From Bdellovibrionota bacterium (GTDB lineage: Bacteria; Bdellovibrionota_C; UBA2361): a stretch of DNA of 51,124 nt. The translations under genes and the position numbers were made by a program. The stretch spans positions 1 to 51,124 of the forward strand of contig JBILDU010000008.1 in the NCBI GenBank assembly GCA_044352465.1. Direction: 5' to 3'. Positions 37,778-47,224 of the stretch are shown here, piece by piece. Below the pieces are notes generated by a model. That model worked only from the letters and a program-made list of their open reading frames with translations, was not told where the DNA came from and made no database searches. Every line of letters begins with the position of its first letter. Within the stretch, counting starts at the first letter, position 1.

Positions 37778-38569
37778 CTATTTCTTCCTTTTCTGGGCGC
37801 GGCTCTCCTCCCGAAATGTCCGGTGGTGAGCGGAGATCACTTCAAGCACCTCCTCAGGCGTATCAACGATAGTAACTCCATCGAAATCCTTCGCGCTCAT
37901 CAGCCCTCGCTCAAGTGGGAACGCGCGCATCCACTCGATGATTCCGGTCCAATATTTCCTGTCCATGAGGACTATCGGGCGAGGCTCGATATGCCGGACT
38001 TGGAGAAGTTGCCAGGTAAAGAAGAGCTCCAACAAGGTTCCGATCCCCCCTGGGGTAATGATGACCGCATTCGAAAGACGCATAAAATCGTCGAGCCGCG
38101 ACGAGAAGCGATGGTGGTGTCGCTTCACATCAAGGTGCATGTTCGGCTCAGGCTCAAAGTCGAGCTCGATTGAGATACCGAAAGAGAGGCTCTTCGTTTT
38201 CTTCTCGTCTTGACCGAGCTTGGCACCTTTATTTGCAGCCTCCATAAGGCCCGGACCACCACCGGTTAGGATGTCGATGTTTTCCCACGCGAGGTAACGA
38301 GCCAAGGTAAAAACCTGCTCGTAAGCTGAGGAATCCGGCTTGATTCTGGCGCTTCCGAATATACAGACTCGATAGAACCGACTTTCCTCAAGTTCACGCA
38401 GCTCCTGTTCAAGCATAATGGCGCGGTGATGCAGTGCGGTGAGCCGCTCATCCAGGTGCCGACGGCGCGCCCCCCGGGATGTGATCTTACCTTTCGTCGC
38501 GATGTCTGACTTGACGGTGGGAGCTTTAACCGACTTACTTTTCGCTACCTGTTTTTTGGAATTTCGCAT
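37778..38569 (-). CDS. LOG-family nucleotide phosphoribohydrolase (TIGR00730-like)
   Basis: IFGSAR, TGGGPGLMEAANKGA, PGGIGTLLE; basic N-terminal extension. Confidence 0.92.
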   Translation of the reverse strand: MRNSKKQVAKSKSVKAPTVKSDIATKGKITSRGARRRHLDERLTALHHRAIMLEQELRELEESRFYRVCIFGSARIKPDSSAYEQVFTLARYLAWENIDILTGGGPGLMEAANKGAKLGQDEKKTKSLSFGISIELDFEPEPNMHLDVKRHHHRFSSRLDDFMRLSNAVIITPGGIGTLLELFFTWQLLQVRHIEPRPIVLMDRKYWTGIIEWMRAFPLERGLMSAKDFDGVTIVDTPEEVLEVISAHHRTFREESRAQKRKK

Positions 38570-38662
38570 TTTTGTTTACTTCCTCGATCTCGCTTCGAAG
38601 CGCTTGGCGTTGCACCATAAAGTATTGAAGAGAAGAACATCGCCGTCAATTGAGCGTGTTCC

Positions 38663-39079
38663 TTAACGAGCGTGAGCGCGGAGTCGCGGCAACTCAACGA
38701 CCGCTTCGACCTCCTCCGCTCGTTCCGTTTCCCGATGCTGGACAAGCTGCTCTGAGAGGAGAGAGGTCCAGTGCTCCCATCCCGAGAGACCTGAGCGTTC
38801 ATTAATCATATCGATAAGATGTTCCCGGGTATCACCGGGATGCGCATCACAGAGAGTTTGGAGCGACTGCTCAACAAAATGCATCGCTTTGATGATATCA
38901 ACGTAATGACTGGGTAAAATCGGAGATACCGGCCTCCGAGAAGTCCGCTGCTGGGCTCTTTTGAGAGCTTTAAGCAGCTCCGCCGCGGCCTGCTCAAGCT
39001 CGCTAATCTCCTGTTGGCGGACCGGGGTGCTATGGAGGCGGGGGTTATGATGGGGGTGAAAAAACCGGTAAATATCCAT
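38663..39079 (-). CDS. Hypothetical protein
   Basis: Likely start MDIYRFFHPHHNPRL at 39079; helical body. Confidence 0.65.
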   Translation of the reverse strand: MDIYRFFHPHHNPRLHSTPVRQQEISELEQAAAELLKALKRAQQRTSRRPVSPILPSHYVDIIKAMHFVEQSLQTLCDAHPGDTREHLIDMINERSGLSGWEHWTSLLSEQLVQHRETERAEEVEAVVELPRLRAHAR

Positions 39080-39302
39080 ACCGAACCGTTTGTCACTCAC
39101 GAAAATAACTAGAGCCTCTGCGCAACTCACCGGGCTAGGTACCCCCCTGGCGAGCTCTTTGAGCCGTAGTCGAGACGACAACACCAACAAACCCGCAACG
39201 ATATTAACCACCTGACTCGGCTTCCCACAACCCCCGTTCTCTCCGGCCCTTGGCACCCCCTCACCGATCGGCTACAACCAAGTGAACAGAGCTCCGATAC
39301 CG

Positions 39303-39641
39303 ATGCATCTCTTCCTCTACACTATTTGGTTCCTCCTACCGCTCGCCTTCATCCTACTGGCCGTGTGGGGCACGCTAGAGCGACTCAGCAAGTCGGGTCG
39401 ACAACATGACGTTGGGAACTACCTCCGCCAAGCAGCGTTTCTACTCGTCGCTGCAGGGATAAGCCTAGCGATCGATCGTTACGTGCTGATTCCCCATCTT
39501 GAGGGGCAACTCCCGGAGTGGTTGCCGCTGGGGGTGATCGAGGTCGCGCTCTTCCCGGTCGTGCTCCTTGTGCTTGCTTCGACCGTCGGCCCCTCGAAAG
39601 ACATCGTCATCCCACCGAAATCGAGGCGCGGAGGGCGGTGA
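39303..39641 (+). CDS. Hypothetical membrane protein (3 TM)
   Basis: Three hydrophobic segments; stop overlaps the rnhB start. Confidence 0.7.
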   Translation: MHLFLYTIWFLLPLAFILLAVWGTLERLSKSGRQHDVGNYLRQAAFLLVAAGISLAIDRYVLIPHLEGQLPEWLPLGVIEVALFPVVLLVLASTVGPSKDIVIPPKSRRGGR

Positions 39642-40210
39642 TGCGTATCGCTGGGGTCGATGAAGTGGGACGGGGGCCTCTGGCAGGACCGGTCGTAGCT
39701 GCCGCGGTCGTATTCCCCGCCGGATACTCAAACCCACGCATTAAAGATTCAAAGCAACTTTCCGCGAGCGTGCGCGAAAACCTTGTCAAGGAGATCCACG
39801 CTGCGGCGCTCAGCTGGGCGATCGTATCGGTCGGACACGCGCGCATCGAGCGGATTAACATCCGCGAGGCCTCTCGCTTGGCGATGCGGCTCGCGGTCGA
39901 GCGCGTCGAGGCGGATCTTGTTCTGGTTGACGGTAACGTACCGATCGACATCGCGCTGCCCCAACGTACGGTCGTCCAAGGTGATCAAAAACACGTCGAA
40001 ATATCCGCCGCATCGATCTTGGCGAAAGTCTTTCGTGATGACCTTATGTGCCGCCTTGATCAAAAGTATCCGGGCTACGGGTTCGCGAATCACGCGGGCT
40101 ACGGCACCGTCGCTCACCGCACGGCGATCGCCCAGATCGGGCCGAGCCCGGTGCACCGGCGCTCGTTTCGAGGGGTCAAAGAGTATTGGGGCGCTTCGGC
40201 GGATTATTAA
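39641..40210 (+). CDS. rnhB: Ribonuclease HII
   Basis: AGVDEVGRGPLAGPVV, DSKQL, VDG, SAASILAKV.RD, H.GYGT..H, HRRSF. Confidence 0.97.
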   Translation: MRIAGVDEVGRGPLAGPVVAAAVVFPAGYSNPRIKDSKQLSASVRENLVKEIHAAALSWAIVSVGHARIERINIREASRLAMRLAVERVEADLVLVDGNVPIDIALPQRTVVQGDQKHVEISAASILAKVFRDDLMCRLDQKYPGYGFANHAGYGTVAHRTAIAQIGPSPVHRRSFRGVKEYWGASADY

Positions 40211-40712
40211 CTGGGGACGTCGTCGCGCTGGCTTATCGACTCACCGCCTTGCACCGACCAAACGGCTCGGTTTTTGGGGGGAGCAGCAGGTCGCACGTTT
40301 TCTTCGCCACCGTGGCTTTCGGATCCTCGATCGCAATTGGTCGCACCGCGCGGGGGAGATCGACATCGTCGGAATCCGCGGGGATACCCTCGTATTTATC
40401 GAGGTGAAGACCCGCCGCGTCAACACGAGCTCCACCTATGCACCGATCGACGCGATAACGGGGGAAAAGCAACAGCGTATCGGCAAACTGAGCCAGATAT
40501 ATGTTCGGGCCAAGACCCGCGCACTCCTTAAGCTCTCGCTCCGCCACATCCGTTACGACGTTGTTGGTATCGTGTACCGTGGACCGTGGTGCCAGCCTGA
40601 AATCATCCACTACCCCGACGCCTATCGCCCCGAGCTCCCCCTTTCACTACCAACGTCACGCAGGGCCCTCTCGGCGCGTCCCGCTCTCCATCCCTCGAAT
40701 CCCGTCCGGTAA
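40185..40712 (+). CDS. yraN: YraN-family (UPF0102) endonuclease; start uncertain
   Basis: LGFWGE..V.RFL..RGFRILDRNW....GEIDIV.....LVFIEVKTR...RYDVV; follows rnhB. Confidence 0.85.
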   Translation: MGALRRIINWGRRRAGLSTHRLAPTKRLGFWGEQQVARFLRHRGFRILDRNWSHRAGEIDIVGIRGDTLVFIEVKTRRVNTSSTYAPIDAITGEKQQRIGKLSQIYVRAKTRALLKLSLRHIRYDVVGIVYRGPWCQPEIIHYPDAYRPELPLSLPTSRRALSARPALHPSNPVR

Positions 40713-40931
40713 GCTTTTTCACTCGCCAGAGGAGTGGCGAGCGGGATACAAGCCCCCCCACATGCTTTTGGCGCCCCTCTCCTCGTCTCACGCCGGGGCA
40801 GCGGCGGCGAAATAAGAAACTGCTGTTGTGATTCAGATCACTCCGCGGCACAATGTCGAAGTGCTCTAATCTGACTTTTGAAGTCACCCCGCTTTTGAAT
40901 TCACCCTGCTTTTGAAGGCACCTCCAAACCT

Positions 40932-42971
40932 ATGTGCGGTCTCGTTGGTTTTCTCCAGACATCCCCCGGCGATCTCCAGGCAGCGCTCGCTCCGATGACC
41001 GCGGCTCTCTACCACCGCGGCCCCGATGACGGCGGTGGATGGGTGGATGAGTCGGTGCGACTCGCCCTGGGTCATCGTCGACTCGCGATACTCGACCTCT
41101 CCCCTGAAGGCCATCAGCCGATGACCTCCCCCTCAGGCCGGTTCGTTATCGTTTTTAACGGTGAGATCTATAACTTTGCTGAATTGAAGAACCTCCTCAG
41201 CCCGCGCTATCCCTTTCGGGGTGGCAGCGATACGGAGGTGATGCTCGCTGCTTTTGAGGAGTGGGGTGTGCGGCCAGCGCTCGAGCGCTTCGTCGGAATG
41301 TTCGCTTTCGCGGTATGGGATCGTCACGAGCGTGCTCTAACCCTCGCGCGTGATCGAATGGGTGAGAAACCGCTCTACTACGGCTGGAACAACGGGATGT
41401 TCCTCTTCGGTTCAGAGATCGGTGCTTTGCAGGCTCACCCTCGCTTTGACGCATCACTCGACCGCGGCGCTATCGGACTGCTGATGCGCCACGGCTACAT
41501 CCCGGCGCCTTTTTCGATCTATCGCGGGATATTTAAACTCCCCCCAGGTTCCTTCCTCACGATGGGACTCCACACTCTCTCGACCGCCCCCGACTCTTTT
41601 AGCCCCTCCGCGGACGACCGCGACGTCCGAGTTCAACCACAGCGCTACTGGTCGCTGCGTGAGGTAGCGGCGCGGGGGATCGCTCAGCGGAACAGGTACG
41701 ACGAAACTGAGGCGCTGACCGAACTGGAGCGACTCCTCCGCGACGCCGTCAAGCTTCAAATGGTGGCGGATGTTCCGCTGGGTGCCTTTCTCTCCGGTGG
41801 AATCGATTCATCTCTGGTGGTCGCCTTAATGCAGGCCCAGTCGACCTCTCCGATCAAAACCTTCTCGATCGGCTTTCACGAAGCCCGCTACAACGAGGCG
41901 AATCACGCCGCAAAAGTAGCCCAGCATCTCGGCACAAGCCACACCGAGCTCTATGTCACTCCCCAAGACGCCCTCGATGTAATCGAAAAAATTCCATCGA
42001 TCTACTCTGAGCCGTTCGCCGATTCATCCCAGATCCCCACCTACCTCGTGGCGCGCCTCGCCCGCCAGCACGTTACCGTCTCGCTTTCAGGGGACGGGGG
42101 TGACGAGCTCTTCGCCGGATACCCCCGCTACCTCTGGAGTAATCACCTCTGGGGCAAGGTCGGCTGGATCCCTAGCCCCGTGCGAAAACTAGGGGGCAAA
42201 GCCGTGCTCACGGTGCCGACGACGCAGTGGAACGGCTTCCACCACCTCCTGCGTCCGCTCTTGCCCCGAAGCCTCAGCTTTAAAGACCTTGGATCAAAGA
42301 TACACCGCGCGGCGCATCTCCTCGATATCGACTCCCGCGAGGAGCTCTATCGCTCCCTCCTCTCGTACGTCGATCGCCCGGAGGAGCTCGTCATCGATGG
42401 TGCCGTACCACCGACCGACCACCTCGCCCCACATCTTTGGCAGACGACTCCGAACTATTTTGACTACATGATGTTGTGCGATGGGGTGACGTACCTCCCC
42501 GACGATATACTCGTGAAGGTCGATCGTGCTGGTATGGCGGTTTCACTTGAATCAAGGATTCCGCTCCTTGAACACCGCGTTGTCGAGCATGCATGGCGGA
42601 TCCCATCAGAAAGCAAGGTGCGGGGCAACGTTACCAAGAGCCCCCTGCGTCACATCCTCTACAAGTATGTTCCGCGTGAGCTTATCGAGCGTCCCAAGAT
42701 GGGCTTTGGTATTCCGTTCGACGAATGGCTCCGGCGGGATCTCCGCCCATGGGCCGAGGAACTTCTCAGCGAGACCGCGCTTCAGGCTGATGGAATATTC
42801 ACACCGGCCTACATTCGGGAGCGCTGGACCGAGCACCTGACGGAACGGCGCAACAACAGCTACATCCTTTGGAACGTTCTGACCTTCCAAAGTTGGCTGC
42901 GGGCGCAACGCCCGACGATGTCGGGAGCCGCGGCGGTGCGAACTGAGTCAGCCGCCCCTCTCGGCGTTTGA
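40932..42971 (+). CDS. asnB: Asparagine synthase (glutamine-hydrolysing)-family amidotransferase, polysaccharide-associated type
   Basis: MCG, HRGPD, GHRRLAILDLS..GHQPM, FNGEIYN, FLSGGIDSS, LSGDGGDELF, RPKMGF. Confidence 0.93.
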   Translation: MCGLVGFLQTSPGDLQAALAPMTAALYHRGPDDGGGWVDESVRLALGHRRLAILDLSPEGHQPMTSPSGRFVIVFNGEIYNFAELKNLLSPRYPFRGGSDTEVMLAAFEEWGVRPALERFVGMFAFAVWDRHERALTLARDRMGEKPLYYGWNNGMFLFGSEIGALQAHPRFDASLDRGAIGLLMRHGYIPAPFSIYRGIFKLPPGSFLTMGLHTLSTAPDSFSPSADDRDVRVQPQRYWSLREVAARGIAQRNRYDETEALTELERLLRDAVKLQMVADVPLGAFLSGGIDSSLVVALMQAQSTSPIKTFSIGFHEARYNEANHAAKVAQHLGTSHTELYVTPQDALDVIEKIPSIYSEPFADSSQIPTYLVARLARQHVTVSLSGDGGDELFAGYPRYLWSNHLWGKVGWIPSPVRKLGGKAVLTVPTTQWNGFHHLLRPLLPRSLSFKDLGSKIHRAAHLLDIDSREELYRSLLSYVDRPEELVIDGAVPPTDHLAPHLWQTTPNYFDYMMLCDGVTYLPDDILVKVDRAGMAVSLESRIPLLEHRVVEHAWRIPSESKVRGNVTKSPLRHILYKYVPRELIERPKMGFGIPFDEWLRRDLRPWAEELLSETALQADGIFTPAYIRERWTEHLTERRNNSYILWNVLTFQSWLRAQRPTMSGAAAVRTESAAPLGV

Positions 42972-43190
42972 AAAACAGGGGGCGATTCAGCGGCTTAAAG
43001 CTCCTTCACGCCGTTTTAATGGGCCTCTAAATGTGATAGGAAAGGAGCGTCTAAAACGGCGCCACCCGTAGTCTCCGAACGGCCAGCAAAGTTCGATTCA
43101 ACGGCGACGCTGCACGCAAACTGAGCCCCATCATGGCTCGGTCCGCTCTACGGGGAGAGAGTAGCTCTCCGTTTTCGAAGGATATGAGGT

Positions 43191-44471
43191 ATGTCGACGA
43201 AGATAGGTGTCATCGGACTCGGTTATGTTGGGCTTCCCCTGGCTCTTGCATTCGCCCGTAAATTCCCCGGGACGGTCGGATTTGACATCAATGAGCACAA
43301 GATCGAACTGCTCAAAAAAGGTGTCGATGTGACGTCGGAGGGGCTCGAGGAGCAGATTCGCGCCTCATCGCTCAAAGTCACTGCAACCGCGCGCGATTTG
43401 GCTGAATGCAACTTCTTCGTGGTTGGGGTACCGACCCCGGTTGATCACGACCACCGCCCCGATCTTCAACCGGTGATCTCGGCATCAGAAATCGTCGGCG
43501 ACGTGCTCCGAAAAGGAAGCACCGTCGTGTTCGAATCGACGGTGTACCCCGGTGTCACCGAGGAGGTCTGTGGCCCGATCCTCGCGAAGCGCAGCGGCTT
43601 AAAGCAAGGAATAGATTTCAAACTCGGCTATTCCCCCGAGCGAATCAACCCCGGCGATAAAGAGCACACCCTTGAGACTATCCTCAAAGTCGTCTCAGGC
43701 GAAGACAGCGAGACCTTAGAGCTCGTGGCTGATATCTATGGCAAGGTCATCACCGCGGGAGTCTATAAAGCGCCGTCGATCAAAGTAGCCGAGGCGGCTA
43801 AAGTCATCGAAAATACCCAACGCGATCTCAACATCGCCCTCATGAACGAGCTCTCGCTCATCTTTGACCGGATGAATATTCGGACCAAAGACGTTCTTGA
43901 TGCAGCGAGCACCAAATGGAATTTTCTCCGTTTTTCTCCGGGACTCGTGGGAGGACATTGCATCGGCGTCGATCCGTACTATCTCACGACAAAGGCCGAG
44001 CAGCTCGGCTATCACCCCCAGGTGATCCTCGCGGGGCGGCGGATTAACGACGGCATGGGCACCTACGTGGCTCAGCGAATGGTGAAGCTAATGGTGAACG
44101 CCGGCCTGCCCACGAAGGGAGCGAAGGTGGGCATCCTGGGTCTCACCTTCAAAGAGAACGTCCATGACATTCGCAACAGCCGGGTCCCCGATATCATCAA
44201 GGAACTCCGCGAATTTGGGGTAATCCCACTCGTCTACGATCCCCTCGCCGACTCCCACCACACCATGGAGGAGTACGGACTCGCCCTCACGAGCTGGGAA
44301 GAGCTCAAGGACCTCGATGGGATCGTTTTTGCGGTGCCGCATAAACAGTTCTTATCGCTCGGAGCGAAGACGATCGCGACGAAGCTCCGCCCGAACGGGG
44401 TCTTCATCGATATAAAGTCGACGTTTGAGCGCCACGCACTCCCCCCAGGAATTCATTATTGGAGCCTCTAA
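43191..44471 (+). CDS. Nucleotide-sugar dehydrogenase (WbpO/TviB-like)
   Basis: GLGYVGLP, ESTVYPG, SPERINPG, ENTQRD.NIA, GGHCIGVDP. Confidence 0.92.
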   Translation: MSTKIGVIGLGYVGLPLALAFARKFPGTVGFDINEHKIELLKKGVDVTSEGLEEQIRASSLKVTATARDLAECNFFVVGVPTPVDHDHRPDLQPVISASEIVGDVLRKGSTVVFESTVYPGVTEEVCGPILAKRSGLKQGIDFKLGYSPERINPGDKEHTLETILKVVSGEDSETLELVADIYGKVITAGVYKAPSIKVAEAAKVIENTQRDLNIALMNELSLIFDRMNIRTKDVLDAASTKWNFLRFSPGLVGGHCIGVDPYYLTTKAEQLGYHPQVILAGRRINDGMGTYVAQRMVKLMVNAGLPTKGAKVGILGLTFKENVHDIRNSRVPDIIKELREFGVIPLVYDPLADSHHTMEEYGLALTSWEELKDLDGIVFAVPHKQFLSLGAKTIATKLRPNGVFIDIKSTFERHALPPGIHYWSL

Positions 44472-44474
44472 CGC

Positions 44475-45527
44475 ATGACTGAAGACCGCTACCTCGAAAC
44501 CGAGACCGCGCTCCGCGCCGCGCCGAAAACATGGCTCGTTACCGGTGCCGCGGGTTTTATCGGCTCGCACCTTACCGAGCGACTCCTCGCGCTTGGTCAG
44601 ACGGTCGTCGGGCTCGACAACTTCGCGACAGGCAAGGAGCGCAACCTTGACGCGGTGAAGGAATCGGTCGGCGCTCAGGCAGCCCAGCGATTTACCTTCA
44701 TCACCGGGGATATCCGCGATCTCGCGACGTGTCACCGCGGCTGTGGTGATGTTGACATCGTCCTTCATCAAGCCGCTCTCGGCTCAGTGCCCCGTTCGAT
44801 GAGCGATCCGCTGACGAGCCACGCAGTCAACGTCGACGGTTTTCTCAATATGCTGGTCGCTGCACGCGACGCTCGAGTCGGACGCTTTGTCTACGCGTCT
44901 TCAAGTTCGGTGTACGGGGACAGCATCGCTTCGCCGAAGCACGAAAAAGATACTGGCAAGGTGCTCTCGCCCTACGCGGCGACTAAAGCGATCAATGAGC
45001 TCTACGGGCGGCTCTGGTACGACGCCTACGGTCTCGAGACGATCGGACTACGATATTTTAACGTCTTTGGAGCCCGGCAAGACCCTGAGGGGCCGTACGC
45101 CGCGGTAATTCCTCGCTGGCTCGCCAATCTCTGTGCCGAAAAGCCGTGCATCATCTACGGGGATGGAACCACGAGCCGTGATTTCTGCTACATCGAAAAC
45201 GTCGTGCGCGCAAACATCCTCGCCGCTACCGCGAATGCCGGGATGGGCGAGGCGTTTAACGTAGCCTGCGGGGAAAAAACCTCGCTCAACGAGCTCTATA
45301 CCGCGCTGCGCCGAGGCGTTGAGGAGAAGCTCGGGAAAGCGCTCTTCGATGCGCAACATGAGGACTTCCGCGCAGGCGATATTAAGCATTCGCTGGCAGT
45401 CATCGAAAATGCAGAACGGCTGCTCGGCTACGCTCCCGCTATCAAGGTAGCCGAGGGATTGCGCCGCACAGTCGAAGCGTTTTTACGCGAGAGTTCAGCC
45501 GCCGCGCCCCTCGCGCGGCTCGCCTAA
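44475..45527 (+). CDS. UDP-N-acetylhexosamine 4-epimerase (WbpP/TviC-like SDR)
   Basis: TGAAGFIGS, HQAALGSVPRS, SSSSVYG, SPYAATK, RYFNVFG.RQDP.G.YAAVIP. Confidence 0.92.
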   Translation: MTEDRYLETETALRAAPKTWLVTGAAGFIGSHLTERLLALGQTVVGLDNFATGKERNLDAVKESVGAQAAQRFTFITGDIRDLATCHRGCGDVDIVLHQAALGSVPRSMSDPLTSHAVNVDGFLNMLVAARDARVGRFVYASSSSVYGDSIASPKHEKDTGKVLSPYAATKAINELYGRLWYDAYGLETIGLRYFNVFGARQDPEGPYAAVIPRWLANLCAEKPCIIYGDGTTSRDFCYIENVVRANILAATANAGMGEAFNVACGEKTSLNELYTALRRGVEEKLGKALFDAQHEDFRAGDIKHSLAVIENAERLLGYAPAIKVAEGLRRTVEAFLRESSAAAPLARLA

Positions 45528-45548
45528 CGGCAGATCACCGCAGTCCCC

Positions 45549-46478
45549 CTACTGTCGTGTTAACGTACCCGCAAAGGTGCCCTCACACTGGGCCGCGCCG
45601 AGGCAAACGACCTTCAGTGAGCCCGTCACGGCCGCGTCATCCGGAGAGGCATACTCAGCCGTCACCTCACCATCGATCCGACAGCCGAGCTTGCGCTGCG
45701 AGAAAGCGCCACCGAAACCGCTGCTGGTCGGTTGAAGCGCGGCGAACCCGAGTCGGGGGAGGTAAAAACGCACCGTGCGGTCACGTTGGAGCACCACCGC
45801 CCGCCCCTCTGCTCGAGCCGGCAGGAGGGGGCAACTACCGGAGGCGATCGCAAACTCCGCATCAAAAACACCGGAGATGAAGGTGGCTACGGCAGGACCC
45901 GCCGAGAGCGGCACCGCGCGAATAGAGATCCGGGCAGCTCGACCGGCGGAGATCGTTCGAGTACGCACCGCGGGGATAAAGGTGAAAGCGTCCTCGAAGG
46001 CAGTCAGAGAATGACGACCGGGTGGAAGATCCGAAACTCCGTAGATCCCGTTCGCATCGCTCTCTACCCCCCCAAAACCGGAGATATAGACCTCGACTCC
46101 GCTCTGCGGCACCCCCGCTCGATCGAGGATCCGACCTCGCACCGCGGTGCGGGTCGAAAGGGTGCCGATCTCAAAGTTGACGTTACCTAACCCGGTAGCC
46201 GGTACAACGACAGTACGACGAAACGGAGTCGCGACAAGACGAGAGGCGTTTGGGTAAGGCGTTACGGTGTACGTCCCTGGACCCGGAACGATCACCGAAA
46301 ATCGACCGGTCGAATCGGTGGAGATCGGTTTCTTTATCCCCGAAACGTAAAGTCGGATACGTTTGGCGGGCTTGCCACCTGAGGAAAATAGACCAGAGAG
46401 GGTCTGAGCTGCGACACCTTCTGAGAGGAGAAGACCACAGACAAGAGCGACACCGAGATATCTCACGAAGGCTATCAT
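45549..46478 (-). CDS. Secreted protein: two carboxypeptidase-regulatory-like domains plus a 4-Cys beta domain
   Basis: Signal peptide; TDSTGRF..GTYTVTP and VRGRILD..G.P..GV.V...SDANG.Y....LPPG; GGAGG RBS. Confidence 0.75.
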   Translation of the reverse strand: MIAFVRYLGVALVCGLLLSEGVAAQTLSGLFSSGGKPAKRIRLYVSGIKKPISTDSTGRFSVIVPGPGTYTVTPYPNASRLVATPFRRTVVVPATGLGNVNFEIGTLSTRTAVRGRILDRAGVPQSGVEVYISGFGGVESDANGIYGVSDLPPGRHSLTAFEDAFTFIPAVRTRTISAGRAARISIRAVPLSAGPAVATFISGVFDAEFAIASGSCPLLPARAEGRAVVLQRDRTVRFYLPRLGFAALQPTSSGFGGAFSQRKLGCRIDGEVTAEYASPDDAAVTGSLKVVCLGAAQCEGTFAGTLTRQ

Positions 46479-46486
46479 ATCCCCTC

Positions 46487-47050
46487 CTACTCCTTAGCGA
46501 GCGAACCACGGTAACGCGCCGAACAGAGGTTCGACTCACCGCACCCGTACGACATCACCGCATCGATCCCCGCACGTCTCCCTGCTTGAGGTGCGAGCGT
46601 TACGGTGGCTGTGCCCTTACAGGTCGGGGTGAACGGGGCATACGCCCCTTTGGCCCGATAGACCCGCCCCCGCCGTTGCCCGCGGAGCACGCCGTATCCC
46701 GGCACAGTCACCGCGATACGCCGGCCGGTAGTTTTAATAACAACCCGCCCTCGTAACGTCGCGGGAATCCCCGGACAGGAGGACCGCTTTCGTGAGATCA
46801 CCCCGCTCCATACATCGCTCACTTTTTTGCCAGCGAACGTCGCTGGAGCGGTAGCCGGCGCAACCTGCGCGAGGCCGTAGGATGAACATTCGCAACCGAA
46901 AGGGATATCAAACGGCCCACATCCGAAGAGGACGTTGTAGCAACATTGCGGGGGATTAAAGGGGCAATTAAAGCCACCACCGCACCCGGCGAGGAGCCCA
47001 CCGAGGAGAAAAAAGAATACCGCCTTCACCCACCTTTCCATGCTGGTCAT
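46487..47050 (-). CDS. Cys-rich putative lipoprotein with a 4-Cys beta domain
   Basis: Lipobox LLAGC; CPFNPPQCC...GC...GCEC segment; C-terminus homologous to the neighbouring gene; start 47050 or 47041. Confidence 0.7.
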   Translation of the reverse strand: MTSMERWVKAVFFFLLGGLLAGCGGGFNCPFNPPQCCYNVLFGCGPFDIPFGCECSSYGLAQVAPATAPATFAGKKVSDVWSGVISRKRSSCPGIPATLRGRVVIKTTGRRIAVTVPGYGVLRGQRRGRVYRAKGAYAPFTPTCKGTATVTLAPQAGRRAGIDAVMSYGCGESNLCSARYRGSLAKE

Positions 47051-47224
47051 TCTACCGCCCCACCAGGGGTAGTCAAAAAAGATTGGGAGATGCACCTCGT
47101 AGGTGGTCCGCCCTCTTTTCCACTATCCTCTTCGATACTTACCGGAGCAGAAAACAAACAGAGGCAGGGGATCTTCCTCGCTTCGGAGAGGATACCCCGA
47201 AAGATCTCCGCACGGTGACACCGA

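Noticed and set aside
39783..40184. Long N-terminal extension of yraN (309-aa ORF)
   Set aside because: Alternate frame of rnhB with low-complexity Arg/Ser content
40932..42971. AsnB as a lasso-peptide cyclase
   Set aside because: Intact N-terminal Cys glutaminase domain, no B protein or precursor, and sugar-pathway neighbours
43091..43112. GTTCGAT..CGGCGACGCTG shared with 31437..31454; T-loop-like GTTCGA
   Set aside because: Short GC-rich match that needs a gap; no cloverleaf at either site
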